Assembly: GCA_023701005.1 (NCBI GenBank)
Contig: JAMPXW010000002.1
Location: forward strand, 177,167-241,166
Direction: 5' to 3'
DNA from: Burkholderiales bacterium
Lineage (GTDB): Bacteria > Patescibacteriota > Minisyncoccia > Phycocordibacterales > UBA9973
DNA: 64,000 bases
Shown here: positions 37,977-53,300 of the stretch, piece by piece
Numbering within the stretch: position 1 is the stretch's first letter
How the letters are laid out: every line of letters starts with the position of its first letter
Made by a program: the position numbers and the translations under genes
The notes under the pieces: generated by a model
The model's database searches: none
What the model was told of the DNA's origin: nothing
Seen by the model: only the letters and a program-made list of their open reading frames with translations

Positions 37977-38336
37977 ATGGGAAATCTTAAAAAAGCACTA
38001 TCTTTAAATCAAGCTTCAAAAATTTCTGGCTATCATCCAGATTATTTGAGTGCTTTAATACGTAAAGGAGAGATAAAAGGAGAGAAAATCAGTGGAAGTT
38101 GGTTTACGACAGAAGAAGAAATAAAAGACTACATTTTCAAACAAAAAATTAGACACAAAAGATTAGATATCGGAGGCTTCCTATCCCCTAAAAGAACGGG
38201 TAAGGTTTTTGTCCTTACTAGTGTTTTATTCTTAGCTACCATTTTAGCAGTAATTTATATTTACGGAAAAACAGCGCAAGTGCATTTAGAAGAAGGAAGG
38301 AAAACTCTTTCCACTGATGTTGAAGTAGTTGAGTAG
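37977..38336 (+). CDS. Excisionase/MerR-like HTH protein with C-terminal TM helix
   Basis: LSLNQASKISGYHPDYLSALIRKGEIKGEKISGSW; hydrophobic segment near the C-terminus. Confidence 0.8.
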   Translation: MGNLKKALSLNQASKISGYHPDYLSALIRKGEIKGEKISGSWFTTEEEIKDYIFKQKIRHKRLDIGGFLSPKRTGKVFVLTSVLFLATILAVIYIYGKTAQVHLEEGRKTLSTDVEVVE

Positions 38337-38374
38337 TAGAAAGTTTGTAAAGTCATAAAGTTATAAAGTAAAAA

Positions 38375-41300
38375 ATGTTAAAAACAAAATTACAAATAAA
38401 TAAAATAAATACAACAAAGATTATCTTTGCAATATTTATTTTAATTTTTGTATTCTCCCCTTTTGCAAAAGGAGAAGCTGCAATAAATAAACAAATCAAT
38501 TATCAAGGTAAACTCACTGGAAGTAGTGGAGTCGCTGTATCAAACGGAACATATAACATGGAATTCAAACTGTACACTGTAAGTTCTGGTGGCACAGCTA
38601 TCTGGACAGAGACAAGAACAGATGCAAACAAAGTCCAAGTGACGAGCGGACTCTTTAGTGTGCTATTAGGAGAGGTTTCTACTTTGGACAATGTTGATTT
38701 CAATCAGACACTTTATTTAGGAGTAAACATCGGAGGTACAGCTGTCTCTCCTGCTTGGGATGGTGAAATGACCCCACGTAAAAAACTCGGAACAGTGCCT
38801 AGTGCTGTTGTCGCAGAGAAAGCTATAAACATACTTGGTGGTTCTGCAGGATATGTTCCCTTCCAAACAGCTGCAAACACAACTTCATTTTCATCCAATT
38901 TCTTTTGGGATAATTCTACAGCAAAATTAGGTATCGGGACAACGGCACCAGTACAAAAATTAACTATATCGGGTGGCAATATAAAACTTGATGATAGCTA
39001 TTATCTTGATTGGTCAAATGGAAGTGAAAGAATTACAGGTACAGGTTTAAGTGGAAACTATTCATTAAAATTTGAAACCTACAATGGCAGTGCATTGACA
39101 GAAAAAATGAGAATCCTAGGAAACGGTAATATAGGTATCGGGACGACAGCGCCTAATGCACTTTTGCATCTTTCTGGATCTGCAGGATCAAATGGACCAA
39201 ATTCAGGTTTAATATTAAATGCATCTTATGGTTTGGGTACTTCAGTAAACAACATTGATTTTAGAATTAATGGAAATGCAATCAGAGCTGCATCTCTTGG
39301 TGCTGCAGCTAATGTTGGAGGAGCTGATTTAACATTTTACACTTCATCAAACTTTGCGACAACAGATGCCACAGAAAAAATGAGAATCGACAAAAACGGC
39401 AACGTAGGTATCGGGACAACGGCACCAGGATTTAAATTAGATGTTAACGGAATATCTGCGGCAAATCAGTTTTATTCAGGAGGAGTTAATATAACTAGTA
39501 GCGGTATCTGGGGTGTAGGTAGTAGTGCTGAAGCTTTAATTGGTTTTGGAAGTGCTCAAGCAGGAGGAGCAAGACCCTGGAATTTTTCTTCTGGCGGAAC
39601 TGGTAAAACAGGTGGTTATTTTACCTGGAATATAGATACAGTAGAAAAAATGCGTCTTGATAATTCCGGCAACGTCGGCATCGGGACGACAGCGCCGGGG
39701 GCAAAGCTGCATGTTGAAGGAACTAATGAAATTTTATCTTTAACAGGAACAACTCCTTATCTTCGTTTCTTTGCAAATCCATCACAAAGTTATATTGGTT
39801 CTGGTTCTGGCTTGGTTTCTGGTATGGCAGTTACAGATTTAGCAATACGCTCTGCATCAAATATTGGTTTTTCAATTGGGACAAGTGAAAAGGTTAGGAT
39901 AGATAGTAGCGGTAACGTCGGCATCGGGACGACGGCACCAGTAGAAAAATTAAATGTAAATGGAAACATCAATATTACTGGCGGAGAATTAAGAATGTTT
40001 AACAATTCTACAGTTTTAGCTGCAACTTCATCTAACTTATTATCAATCAACAACGGTGGATTTAGTAATGTAGCTATAACAAACGGTAATATCGGCATAG
40101 GAACAACGACACCAGCTTACAAATTACACGTAAATGGCGTCGCTTATTCTTCTTCTTATTTCTATGCTCCTGAAGGTATATTTACATCAGTACAAGCAAA
40201 TAAAGTATTTCCAACTTCTTCTGTAGATTTACGATTACAAACTAGAGATAACACAGATAATATTTTATTTGAAATAGATACAAATGCTCCTTCAGAAAAA
40301 ATGAGAATCACCTCAGCAGGCAACGTCGGTATCGGGACGACGGCACCAACATACAAATTACAAGTTGCGACAGCAGTAAATTCTGCTGGAATTGTACATT
40401 CAAATTCATCCAATGGAACTAGAGTCTATACATTTATTGATTCTTCTGATAACGGATTATTACTTCTAAAAAATAGTAGCAATATCGATAATATAAATTT
40501 GAATACTGGTGGTAATAGTTATTTAAACGGTGGCAACGTCGGTATTGGGACAACAGCTCCAGGACAAAAGCTTGATGTAGTAGGAGGAAGTATAAGAACA
40601 GATAATCAATTAATTTCTACAATAGCAACAGGTACTTCCCCATTATCCATCTTATCTACAACAAAAGTCACAAACTTAAATGCCGACATATTAGATGGAT
40701 ATCATTATAATTCATTTATTCCAGTAAGTGGTTATCACTTTACAAACGGATATTTGATAGCGACAGACATCTCTGCAGCAAGCAACACAATGTTTAGTGT
40801 AGAAATAACCGGAAATAGCTATGGGGATGGAAAACCGATTCATATAACACTTCAAGGATACAACTATACTGCAGGAGACGCTATCATAAATTATTCTGGA
40901 GTCGCAGAAGATTGGACCAGAACCGTAAAAGCATTCAACTATAATGGATACTTATATTTCTGGCTCGATCAAAGTTCTTCATTCCAATCCATCACTGCTT
41001 ATGTAAAAAATACAATGGAAACAAATAATGTAAATCATGTCACAGCTATCACCAACGAAGTAGAGCCAACAACAGGCACAACCAGAAAAGTTTCTATAGT
41101 TCCAAAACAAATTTGGAATTCTGGAAATGATGGAGTTGCTTCTACATTGGATGCTGATTTGTTAGATGGACAACATGGTTCATATTATCAAACTGCTTTG
41201 ACTAATCCTGTCACTGGCACAGGTACAACAAATTATCTTTCTAAATTTACTGGTACTTCTACTTTAGGAAATTCTTTAATTTTTGATAATGGAACTAATG

Positions 41301-44300
41301 TGGGTATTGGGACGACGGCACCAACTCAAAAACTTTCTATAAATGGTTCAGTAAACATGATTTCTAACGGTGCAATAACTTTTGAAAATACTAATAATAA
41401 TGGAAATTGGTATATAAGAAATTCTGGTACAAATTTAGCATCATTAGATTTTGGAATTGGAGCTGTTGGTGCGAGTGACAAAATAAGATTTGATAGTAAC
41501 GGCAACGTCGGTATCGGGACGACAGCGCCAGGAGCAACCTTGGATGTTGCTGGAACAATTAGAACAACTTCAACAATCACAACTGGTTCATATTTTTATA
41601 ATAATTCAGCTTCTGATGCTAATAAATATCTTACAAACACGCCAGGGCCAAGCTATATGGGTTTTAGAGGACATGGAATAAACAATAATACAAATTCAGT
41701 ATTATCAATTGGTTATACAACTTTACCATCTACTCTAATTTCTCCTGTCTTGTCGGTAGTTGATAATGGTAACGTCGGTATCGGGACGACGGCACCAACT
41801 CAAATGTTACAAATTGGAGGAAACACTACATCTTCCATAGGAATGAGGATAGCTCCTGCTGGCGCAAATTGGGACATAGTCACTGATGGCAGTCAGGGCT
41901 TAAACATTAAAAATGGAAATGGGAATTATTTAACTTTCATTAATTCATCACAAATATCTTCTTTTACAGGAAACGTCGGTATCGGGACAACAGCGCCAAC
42001 CGCAAAATTAGATATAAATAATGGGGTAAATCGTACAAACAATCCAACTAGTTTAATAGTTGCTGGCACTGGAGTACTTGGAACAACAGCTGGTAGTTAC
42101 CTATATCCGTCAGAAACAATATCAAATGCCGGAAATACTTTAAGGCTACAAACAACAGCGTACCGTAGAGATGCTGGAAGTACATGGTTCGGGGCTGGTT
42201 TCAGAATACAATATGCTGTAGACAATAGTTTTACAGATGGAACTGGTTCTTTCTTAGAAATGGGTGGACGAACTGACACAACTCCTTATATATCATTAGG
42301 TACTTCTGGAGCTGATAGAATTTATATTAATTCTTCTGGCAACGTCGGTATTGGGACAACAAGTCCAAGTGGAAAATTGGAAATAAATGGTGGAGCTTAT
42401 GATTCTTCACTTGTTATTACAACAAATGTTTCTAGTGGTGCTGATATTAAATTAAATCAAACAGGAACAAATGGAAGGGAGTGGCATATAACTTCAACTG
42501 GAAGCTCAAATGCAATGAGTGCTGGAGGTTTACAATTTTATGATGACACTGCTGGTGCTTTTAGAATGGGTATTCAAGGATCTACTGGTAATGTCGGGAT
42601 AAATACGGGGAATCCACAAGCAAAATTACATATTTATAATGCTACAGCTGGTGGATTAAATGAAACCATCCGTTCTCAGGGATATTGGTCTGCTCCAGGT
42701 TCTGGTTCTTTAATCAGATTCACTAATTATCATGCTTCCGGAACCACCCCAAACACAGGCGAATACAACTTAGCTGGAATAGGAGGGTTAGATGATAATG
42801 GAGGTTGGGGTGGTTCTTTATACTTCCAAACAGCACCGACAGGTACAGCAGGTGGAGCAGCGTTACAAACCAGAATGACAATCAACCCTGCCGGTAACGT
42901 CGGTATCGGGACGACGAGTCCAGGAACTAAATTAAACGTAATTGGTAATATAGCATCTGAAAAATCAGCAGGTGGATATGTATCCTCTTTATTTTGGCAG
43001 GGCAATGATCCAGCAATCGGTTATTATTCGGAAAATGGTTTGCTTTTTGGTACTGAAACTACAATGGTAGGTGGGGCTTTTAGTGAAAAGATGAGGATAA
43101 CAAACGCAGGCAACGTCGGCATCGGGACGACGGCACCTGCTCAAGCATTAGATGTGGCTGGTGTCATCAATGCTTCAACAGGATTTAGAATAGGAAATGC
43201 TGCTACTTCTGGTAATTATCTCCGAGGAAATGGAACAAATTTTGTTTCAAGTGCCATTCAAGCTGGAGACGTCCCTACCCTAAACCAAAATACCGCTGGT
43301 TATGCTGCACTCTTGGTGAGTGAAGACAATAGAACAATTTCTCCAAGCGAGCTAGCTATCAACCGATTAAAATTTGGTTTTACTAGTTGGGCAAACAACG
43401 ACAGCTCTCCTTATGCAGATTTCTTGCATTTGAGAAGTTACGCTGATTCCTCAGGAGGAGCTGACAACTTAATAATGTTCAACAAGAGTGTAATAGCAAT
43501 GAGAATCTATCAGCAAACATTCGGTTCTGCTACTGCATATTCTTCTTATAGAGATGTCATAACAACAAACACAAGCGCAAGTGGTACTGCAAATTATTTA
43601 CCTAAATTTTCTAGCGGAACAACAATTGCAAATTCATTAATTTTTGATAACGGAACTAACGTGGGTATCGGACTCACTAATCCTGAAGGTAAAATGCATA
43701 TTATTGGCATGAATAGTGCCTTCCCTGCTACTACGGGAACCGTTCAAACTGGATTAGAGGCTCGATTTCAACCTTATGACTCTAACGGAGTATTAGACAT
43801 AGGTGTTAACTCTGGAAGTGGAGCTTGGTTGCAATCAACTAATCGAACTAGTTTAAGTAGCAATTACCCATTGTTATTAAATCCAAATGGAGGCAACGTC
43901 GGTATCGGGACGACAGCGCCAGCCACAAATCTTGATGTAGTCGGAGATATAAGAGCAAGTGATACTTCAGGAAATTATATTTATCTTGACACGACAGGTG
44001 CAAATCCAGGCATCGTTTCAAATTCTAGCAGGTCAATCAATATACAACCTGGGTCAGGCCTAACCACTTTTTATACCTCAGGTACTGCCGGTACTCTTCA
44101 AATATATGATGGTAGTTCTTCATATCCGATTATATTGAGAGCAGGCGGTAATAGTATATTCAATGGTGGTAGCGTCGGTATCGGAACTGCAAGCCCTGCT
44201 TCAAAATTACATGTCTACGACAACAACGCAACCACAGATCACACTATCGGACTTACGATAGAACAAGCAGGTACAGGTGATGCAAAATTACAATGGCTCA

Positions 44301-47300
44301 CGACAGGCGTGACACGTTTTGGAATGGGTATAGACAATAGTGATGGAGATAAATTAAAAATATCTGCAGCCACAGACTTAAGTACAAACAATGTTTTGAC
44401 AATCGATTCTTCTTCTAATGTCGGTATCGGAACTGCAAGCCCTGGAGTACTTTTGCATTTATCAAAAAATGGAACAGCAAGCACACAAACAGTAATGGCT
44501 GTTTTAGAATCTGTCACCTCTCAAAGGCCAGTATTACAATTTAGTGAAGGTGGCTATGGTTTGACTAGTGGGATGAGCATTGAATACGATGGCAGGAGTG
44601 GAGGAAGAGCAAATCTATTAAATATAAATGATATTAATGGTGTAGCAATCGGAACATTCATGAGTGGCGGGAATTTTGGAATTCAAACTACATCCCCTAC
44701 TGCAAATTTGACAGTCGCTCAAAGCACAGCAGGAGTCGGAACAGTTTCAAATACAGCAGGAGGAACGACAGTCACAGGTAATGGCACAGAATTTACAAAC
44801 ACATTTAAAGTCGGAGATACCATAACAGTCGGAGGACAAACTGTCGCTATTTCAGCTATCGCGAGTGACACTAGTATGACAACTGCAGCCATAACAAATG
44901 CAAACACAAACGCTGCATACACATTAGTAGGTGGAACAAGAATGGTTGTAAAAGGTAATGGAAATGTTGGCATTGGTTTAACGAATCCTTCTGCAAGACT
45001 TCATATTTCTGAAGCAGGACCAGCATATGATTGGGACTCGTTGAGAGTAGATTTTCAAGCAAATGGAAATTTGAATAGTTTAAATTCTTCAGCTGGTAGA
45101 TTCATAAATACTCTCGCACCAAGCTCTCAATCTTATGCTATCGGTTCATTAGGAGAAGCAATAAAAACAGGGCACTATGGCTACACGGCCACAGGAGCAG
45201 AAGGTCGTGGAATATATAGAAGTAATTCTTTAGGAACAAGCTTAGCTTCATTAGATTTGTACGGTGTTAGTGGTAAAGTGTCTGTCGAAGGCACAGGAGC
45301 AAACACAATCAATTCAGGAAAATCTTTGTATGCTTATGCCAACGTAGACGCTGGAAATATTTTAAGTACTTACTGGGGAGTTTATGTAAAATCTCCATCA
45401 GGAACAGGAACGATAACAAACAAATACGCATTAGTCACAGAAGCAGGTGCGGGAAACGTGGGAATTGGTTTGACTAACCCAGGCTTCCCTCTCGCAGTGC
45501 AAGGAACAATACAAGGAAGAGGCATAGCTTATTTCACTCAAGCTTCACCAACAAATTCTCTAGCGATAGATGCAACTTCAACAACTTTACACAAAATTTA
45601 TACAAACAATGCTGGTATTGATTTATCTTTGGGAACAAATAGTTCAACTTCACAATTATATTTACAATCTGCAGGCAACGTCGGTATCGGGACAACGAGT
45701 CCAGGAGCAAAATTAGATATCCTCGGATCAAATAGTGCAATGGCCTTAAATCTCAGAAGTTCTAGTGGCCAAATTCAATTTTTCCCATACAGTGATAATA
45801 AAAATTACATAGAAAGCGTAGACGGTACTGGTACAGCTTCACAACTTCTCTACTTCACTGGATACAGTGGAACAGCAGGAACATTTTCTTTTAATGGCAA
45901 CGTCGGTATCGGGATGACTTCACCAACTTACAAATTAGATTTGCAAGGATCAGCTTGGAACAATATTGCACGTATATATTCTACAGGTAGCTCTAGTGGC
46001 TTAGACTTTTATGATTCTGGAGTAAGACGTGGTGTTGTTTATAGTGATTCTAGTGGTTTTGGATTATTAAATAGTGCTACTAGTTGGGCTATTAAAATAC
46101 CTTACGGTACAGGTAATGTTGTCGTAGAAAATGGAAATATGGGTGTCGGAACATCAAGCCCAAGTGCAAAATTAGATGTCGTTGGAAATATAGAATTAGG
46201 AGCAGCTGTCGGCACCACTAGATATATCTTAACAGACGAAACAAACACCGGTACTGGAAAAGTCGCAATACAAGCAGGAGCTGGTTCAGCAGCCTTTGGT
46301 GGTGCTATAAATCTTTATGCTCAAGCACATGCTACAAATCCTGGATGGGTACAAATTGGTATTGGTTCTGGGGCTGGAAGTGGAGGGACAGAAGGAAGAT
46401 TTACTGTAAACAATCAAGGACTAGGTGGAGGAACTGATGTCTTCACAGTATTAAGAACAGGTAACGTCGGCATCGGGACGACGGGGCCGAGTCAGAAATT
46501 GGAAGTTAATGGTAATGCATTAGTAACAAAACTTGGAATCGGTCAACTTGATGCCGCGAATTATGTGTTGGATGTAGGTGGTGCGGCGAGAATCTCTTCA
46601 AGCGGAAATGTGAATTTTAATCAGGCAAGTGGCGCTGCGACTTTTCATGGACAAGTAAATTTCCCTGGGTCAGGGGTTTGGCAAACAAGCGGCAACGTCG
46701 GCATCGGGACGACGAGCCCAAATCAAAGATTAGAAATTGGTAGTTCCGGAAATTACCAAATGCGCATAGGTAATGGTTCTACCGCTGCTTATTCATATGA
46801 TTTTGGAAGAAATACAACAGATGGTTTATTTTATTTATACGGAAATCAAACTGGAGCAAACGGATATGTTTTTAGTGGAATAAATGGTGAAAGAATGAGA
46901 ATAAATGAAAGTGGTAACGTCGGCATCGGGACGACAGCACCTGGAACTAAATTAGATATTGCTGGAACCATGCACACAACAGGCCTATATACTGCGAGCG
47001 CGGGTATCCAACTTGAAGGTCAAAATTTAGGCTGGGATCAAAGTGGAGTTAGATCTTGGACAATGGGAACAGCTGCTTCTAGTGGCAATATGACATTAAA
47101 ATCTGGAGATGAAGCTGGAATTTTTCGTGTTTTAACAACAACAACTTCATTAAGTGGTAATTTAATTGTTTCTGGTACTACAAATAGTTCTATCGCTGGA
47201 AATCTAGGTATTGGAACGATAAATCCTGGAGCTGATTTAGTTATAGAAAACAGTGGTACAAACAATACCCAACTATGGTTACAAAATACTGGTACAGGTA

Positions 47301-50300
47301 TTACAGAAATCGGTTTTGATTCGGCAAATGGAGATTTCGCTGGTAGCGATTACATGTCTTTGGGGCAAAATGATTCATTGGATGGATATATTAAAATGTT
47401 TGCTAACGCTGGAAGATTTCATATAGATACAGGAGGAGTTGAAAGATTTACTATCTTACAAAATGGAAATCTAGGTATCGGAACAACAGCACCAGGGTCA
47501 AGATTGGTAGTTAGTTCAGCTGGGATTGTTGCAGGGACACCTGAATTTGTTGTCGGTGATTATGGAACAATAAAATTAAAAACATACCAGACTGGAAGTA
47601 CTTATGCAGCGATGTATACAGGCAACAATGAAGACTTAAGAATCACTGCTGGAACAGATAATAGTCAATTAGTACTAAAAGCAAATAATGGAAACATTGG
47701 AATTGGTACTGCCTCCCCTACCGCCTTCAAGCTCCAAGTCGCAGGAAGTGTCGGACCAAATGTAGACAATTCTTATGACTTAGGTTCTTCTGGAGCAAGA
47801 TGGAGAAACTTATACATCTCTGGGACGATAGCTCAAGGAGGATATTTAGATAATAGTTTAGACAATTTAGTTTACAACGGAGATTTTGAAACAAATTCTA
47901 CAAATGGTTGGACGGGGGGAGGCACAGCAATAGTCACAGGAGGACATTCTGGAAATTATGCAATGCAAGTGACAGGCAACCAACAAATAGAAAGTGTTGA
48001 CTACATCCCCGTCAATCCTGTAAGAGATATTTTACAATTAGAAATCTACGCGAAAAAGTCTGTAGCTGGAACTACACCAGGAATACTCTATTTAGGATAT
48101 ATTGCATATGATGCAAACAAAGCAGCCATTTACACAGCTCCTTGTGGATCATATTGTTATTTTGCTGCTTCTGCTTATACATTACCAGCAGATGGAAATT
48201 GGCATAAATTCAATGCAACGACAAACGGTGAAGGTACGGTTTATCCCAACTTCCCTGTCGGGACGAAATTCGTTCGTGTATTAGGATTAATAAACTACAG
48301 TGGATCTGCAGATGCAGTGACTTTAATAGACCATATCACATTAAAGAGATTAAATTATGGACCTACATACATAGGAAACAACTTCGGAACGACAAACCAA
48401 GCAGACCAAACTCAATTGAGTAAACTCTACACAACTTCTGTAAATAATTTAATAATAGATACTCCTGCTAGTAACGGAAATATAGGATTCGGAATAACAA
48501 ATCCAAATCCTTTTGCTTGGTCATCCAAAGCATTCACTCTTCAATCTACTGGTACAAATACTTATTCATCTCTTGAAGCTTTTGGAACAGGTACAGGGTC
48601 TGGAGCATTATTGTTAGGTAACAGCACCATTCACAGAGCAACTATATCTACAGCTGACGGTTCTCACCTCACATTCTCAACAAACAATAACAACGCCGCT
48701 TCATACATGACAGAAAAAATGAGAATCACTGCAACGGGCAACGTCGGAATCGGAACGACTTCTCCAGATCAATTATTGCAAGTAAATGGCGCCAGCGGCA
48801 CAGCGATAAGTATCAAAACTCCTTGGGCTGCGAGTGCTTATGGTCAATTGAGATTTGATACAGGAACAGGTAGCTCTTCTATCCGTTCTTCTGTGCCTGG
48901 TGATTCTACAAATGGTTTACAATTCTTTACTTACTCTGGTGGAGAGACTGTAAAAATGTCTATCACTGGTGCAGGCAATGTTGGTATCGGACTCACAAAT
49001 CCAGCATACAAATTAGATGTTGTCGGAGGAATTCATTGGAATCCTGGAGTGACAGGTTCTCCTGAAGGCTTTATGTCTGGATCAAGCGCTGAACAATCTA
49101 TTCAACTAGGATCATTAACAAATAGTCCCCTTTCCCTAACAACAAATGCCCTAACGAGATTATTCATTGATGGAAATGGAAATGTCGGTATCGGGACGAC
49201 AGTACCAACTTACAAAGTAGACATAGCTTCCACAGGTAATGCCTTAAAGATAGGTCAATCAGGAACAGCTACAAACACCATCTATCAAACATTCACAAAC
49301 GGTGGAGGAAGTGTTTATCTTGGAATAGATAATTCTGGAGGTAATGGATTATTCACAGGAGGCGCAGGCTATGCTGCAGCTTTCGGACATGGAGGAAATT
49401 ATCCAATAGAATTCGCGACAAATAGTACTGTCAGAATGCTCATCGACGGTTCCGGAAATGTGGGAGTAGGTACAGCGACACCACAATATGGAAAATTAGA
49501 AATAGCAACCACTGCATCTAATGTTGGAGGTTTAACCTTGTATCGTGGAACAGGAACGACGGCTAGACACTGGATCAATTCATCTGATGTTTACTTAATT
49601 CAAAGAGCTATTACTGACACTTATGGCATTGCAATAGACAACGTTGGAAATGTCGGCATCGGAACGACAAGTCCAGTCAGTATCTTAAACATTAATGCAA
49701 CTTCTCCAGTACTTACTCTTACGGGTTCTACAAGTGGACAAGAAACTATTGCTTCACAAATTCACTTTGCCGTCGGTAATTATTCTGGAGCAAGAATCAA
49801 AGCGATCCAAACGGGAGCAAGCTATGGTTATCAAGTTGGGTTAGGATTTTTTACACAAGACGCTCCATACGATGCTAACTCTTTTGAAAGAATGAGAATA
49901 TCAAGCACCGGAAACGTCGGCATCGGGACGACGGCGCCAGGTAAAACTCTTGATATAGCAGTTTCTCCCAATGCTAGTAATGGTATTTTGGTAAGAGATA
50001 ATAATGATGCAACAAAATCTATATTAATTACGAGTTCACAAGGATCCACTGCCTTCCCGTACATTGGTACAAATGGTAATAGGCGTCTTGATTTTGGTAC
50101 AAATACTGCACGACAAATGACAATAGATACAACCGGCAACGTCGGTATCGGGACAACGGCACCGAACGCGCCTTTGTCATTTGGAACAGTTACAGGGGAT
50201 AAGATTTATCTCTATGATGGAAGTGGCAATTATGGATTTGGTGTGGACTCGGGAGGGGCTTCCCAACTAAACATCTTCACAGGAAATTCTGCGGATATGT

Positions 50301-53300
50301 GGTTTAGAAGCGGTGGTGGGGATGGGACCGTCAGGATGGCAATTGTAGGAACAACTGGGAATGTCGGTATCGGGACGACGGCGCCAGGAAATCTATTAAA
50401 CATATATAGAAATTCTTCTTCTACACTACCTATAACACGAATAGAAGATGCTGGAACAGGAGATGCATCAATGGCGTTTGCCCTCACAGGAGTAGCTGGG
50501 TTTTCTATCGGTATAGACAATAGCGACGATAATAAGTTTAAAATTTCAGGAAGTGGAACAGATGTGGGGAGTAATCCGTATTTAACTATTTTAGGGACAG
50601 GACCAACAGTAGGTAACGTCGGCATCGGGACGACGAGTCCGGGAACTAAATTACAGATTGTGGATAGTGATGGCTCAAATGGAACGATTGGAGTTGGAAT
50701 AAATTCAAGGGGGACATTTGGGTGGAATAATGCTGGTCAAGGTACTCTAGAGATAAAAAATAATCTTACAAGTGGAAGTCCTAACGCTATTACTTTTTGG
50801 GCTGCTCCAACCAGTGGAACTGTTGCTGAGATGATGCGTATTCAAGGAAATGGCAACGTCGGTATCGGAACGACAGCACCGGGGGCAAAATTAGAAGTTG
50901 TAGGAAATACATACATATCTGGAATAAGTTCAGGAACTGGAAATAGGCTTTCTTTTGATACTACGGGAGGGGCGGCTTCTAACTGGATCGGCACAACGAA
51001 TGATTATTGGACATCAATAGTCAATGGAAGAGGTTCAGGATCAAGAATAGATTTAGCTACTAATGATATAAGGTTTACCTTTGGTTCAGATGTGGGAAAT
51101 ATGCTTTTAAAAGCAAATGGGAATCTCGGAATTCAGACAGTTTCTCCTGTTGCAAATTTCCAAGTATCACAAAGCAGCACAGGCGTAGGCACAGTCACCA
51201 CAAATGGAACAACAACATTAACAGGTTCAGGAACACAATTTACAAATACATTTAAAGTTGGAGACACTATCACAGTATCTGGAGAAACAGTGAGAACTAT
51301 TGCCACCATTGTGAGTGATACTAGTTTGACTACGACTGTCGCCTTCTCTACTACTGCTTCTTCCCTTTCATACACCCTCACTGGTGGAGACAGGTTTGTT
51401 GTTAAGGGTAATGGAAATGTTGGGATTGGAACGACGGCACCAAATAAAACATTACACGTAATAGGTGATGTTCGTGGTGGAGCTTATTATAATAATAATT
51501 CTGGAGATGGTTGGTTAATTAATCAAGATTCAGGAACAAATAGAGGATTGTATTATTACAACACAACAGGTACGTGGGATTTGTTTGACGGAGGAACTTC
51601 AAAAATTAGTATGGGTATTAACGGAAATATTCAAATGGACGGAATACTCACAGTAAGCGGTACAGGGAATACCACAATCGCCGGCAACGTCGGTATTGGG
51701 ACGACGGCGCCAGTCACTCGTCTAGATGTAAGAGCTTTAAATGCCCTAGATGGAATTACTTTATCAGCTAATTCTGGAGGTTCTTCTGTTTTTAGAATGG
51801 TAAATCCGACTGTATCTAATAATTTACAAATTGGTACTTTGTCTAGTAATGACGTAGACATCATAGCTAATGGTAGTTCCAAGATTACTATTCTAAACGC
51901 AAACGGCAACGTCGGGATAGGAACCACATCCCCTGCACAAAAATTAACTATCAGTGGTGGAAATATCGGAATACTTGGACAACAAGATTTAATGCTTTAC
52001 GATTCTGATAGTTCACATTATAGTGGATTCCAAGCACATGCGACAACTACAAGTAATTCAATTTACACAATGCCAGCAGCCTTCCCTGGCTCTACTTCCT
52101 TCATGAAAACAGATTCAGCTGGAAATCTTTCTTGGGATACAAGCACTTATATAACAGGCAACCAATCTATCTCATTATCTGGTGATGCTTCAGGTTCAGG
52201 AACGACAGCAATAACAGTGACAAATAATTTATTAACCAAAGAAGACAATAGAACAATCTCTCCAAGCGAACTCACAACAGGGAAAATGCGTTTCGGATTT
52301 ACAAGTTGGGCAAACAATGACAGCTCCCCTTATGCAGATTTCTTGCATTTGAGAAGTTATACTGATGCATCAGGAGGAACAGATAATTTAGTAATGTTCA
52401 ACAAGAGTGTAATAGCAATGAGAATTTATCAACAGACTTACGGCTCCGCTACAGCATATTCTTCTTACAGAGATGTATTAACGACAGACACAGGTACAGG
52501 AGGCACAGCAAATTATATTCCTAAATTTACTGGTGGAACAACATTGGCAAATTCTTTAATGTTTGATAATGGAACAAATGTCGGTGTTGGGACAACAGCA
52601 CCTTCATATAAATTAGATGTCAGTGGACAAATTAGAGCAAATGCTGGTGCTGGTGTAGCAGGAATATTTACAAGTACAGCCGATTATCAATTAGCTTTAT
52701 CAAGTTCTGACAGTTGGACCGGAATTGGCTTCGATGATTCTGGAGCAATAAATGATTCTATTTGGTATCAAGGTACTACTGGAACATTCGCAATCGGTGG
52801 AGGTGGAAGTAGCGGAGTCACTAGTAAGAAATTACACATAGATGGTGCAACGACAATCGGTGCAAACTATGATGCCACAGCAATACCAACCAACGGATTA
52901 AGAGTCGAAGGTCAAACTTGGCTAGATAGTAACGTCGGTATCGGGACGACAAATCCTTTTCAAAAATTTGAAATAGATTTAGACCCTACAAATACAACTC
53001 AACCTACTGGAATTAACGGAACTGGAACAGATCCTCACACAGGAATGTTTATTCTAGGTACCGGAAATGCAAACAATGAAAAACTCGGCCTACAAATCGG
53101 TTTGTGGAGTAACGGTACAAACAAATATAGTATTGGAGGATTGTTTGGGGTAATGACTTCTGCTTCTGGAAACACCATCGGTGATTTAACTTTTGATCTA
53201 AGATCAAATGTAAATGACTCTTACCTAACAGAAAGAATGAGAATAACAAATGCCGGTAATTTAGGAATTCAAACTGCCTCTCCTGTCGCAAATTTCCAAG

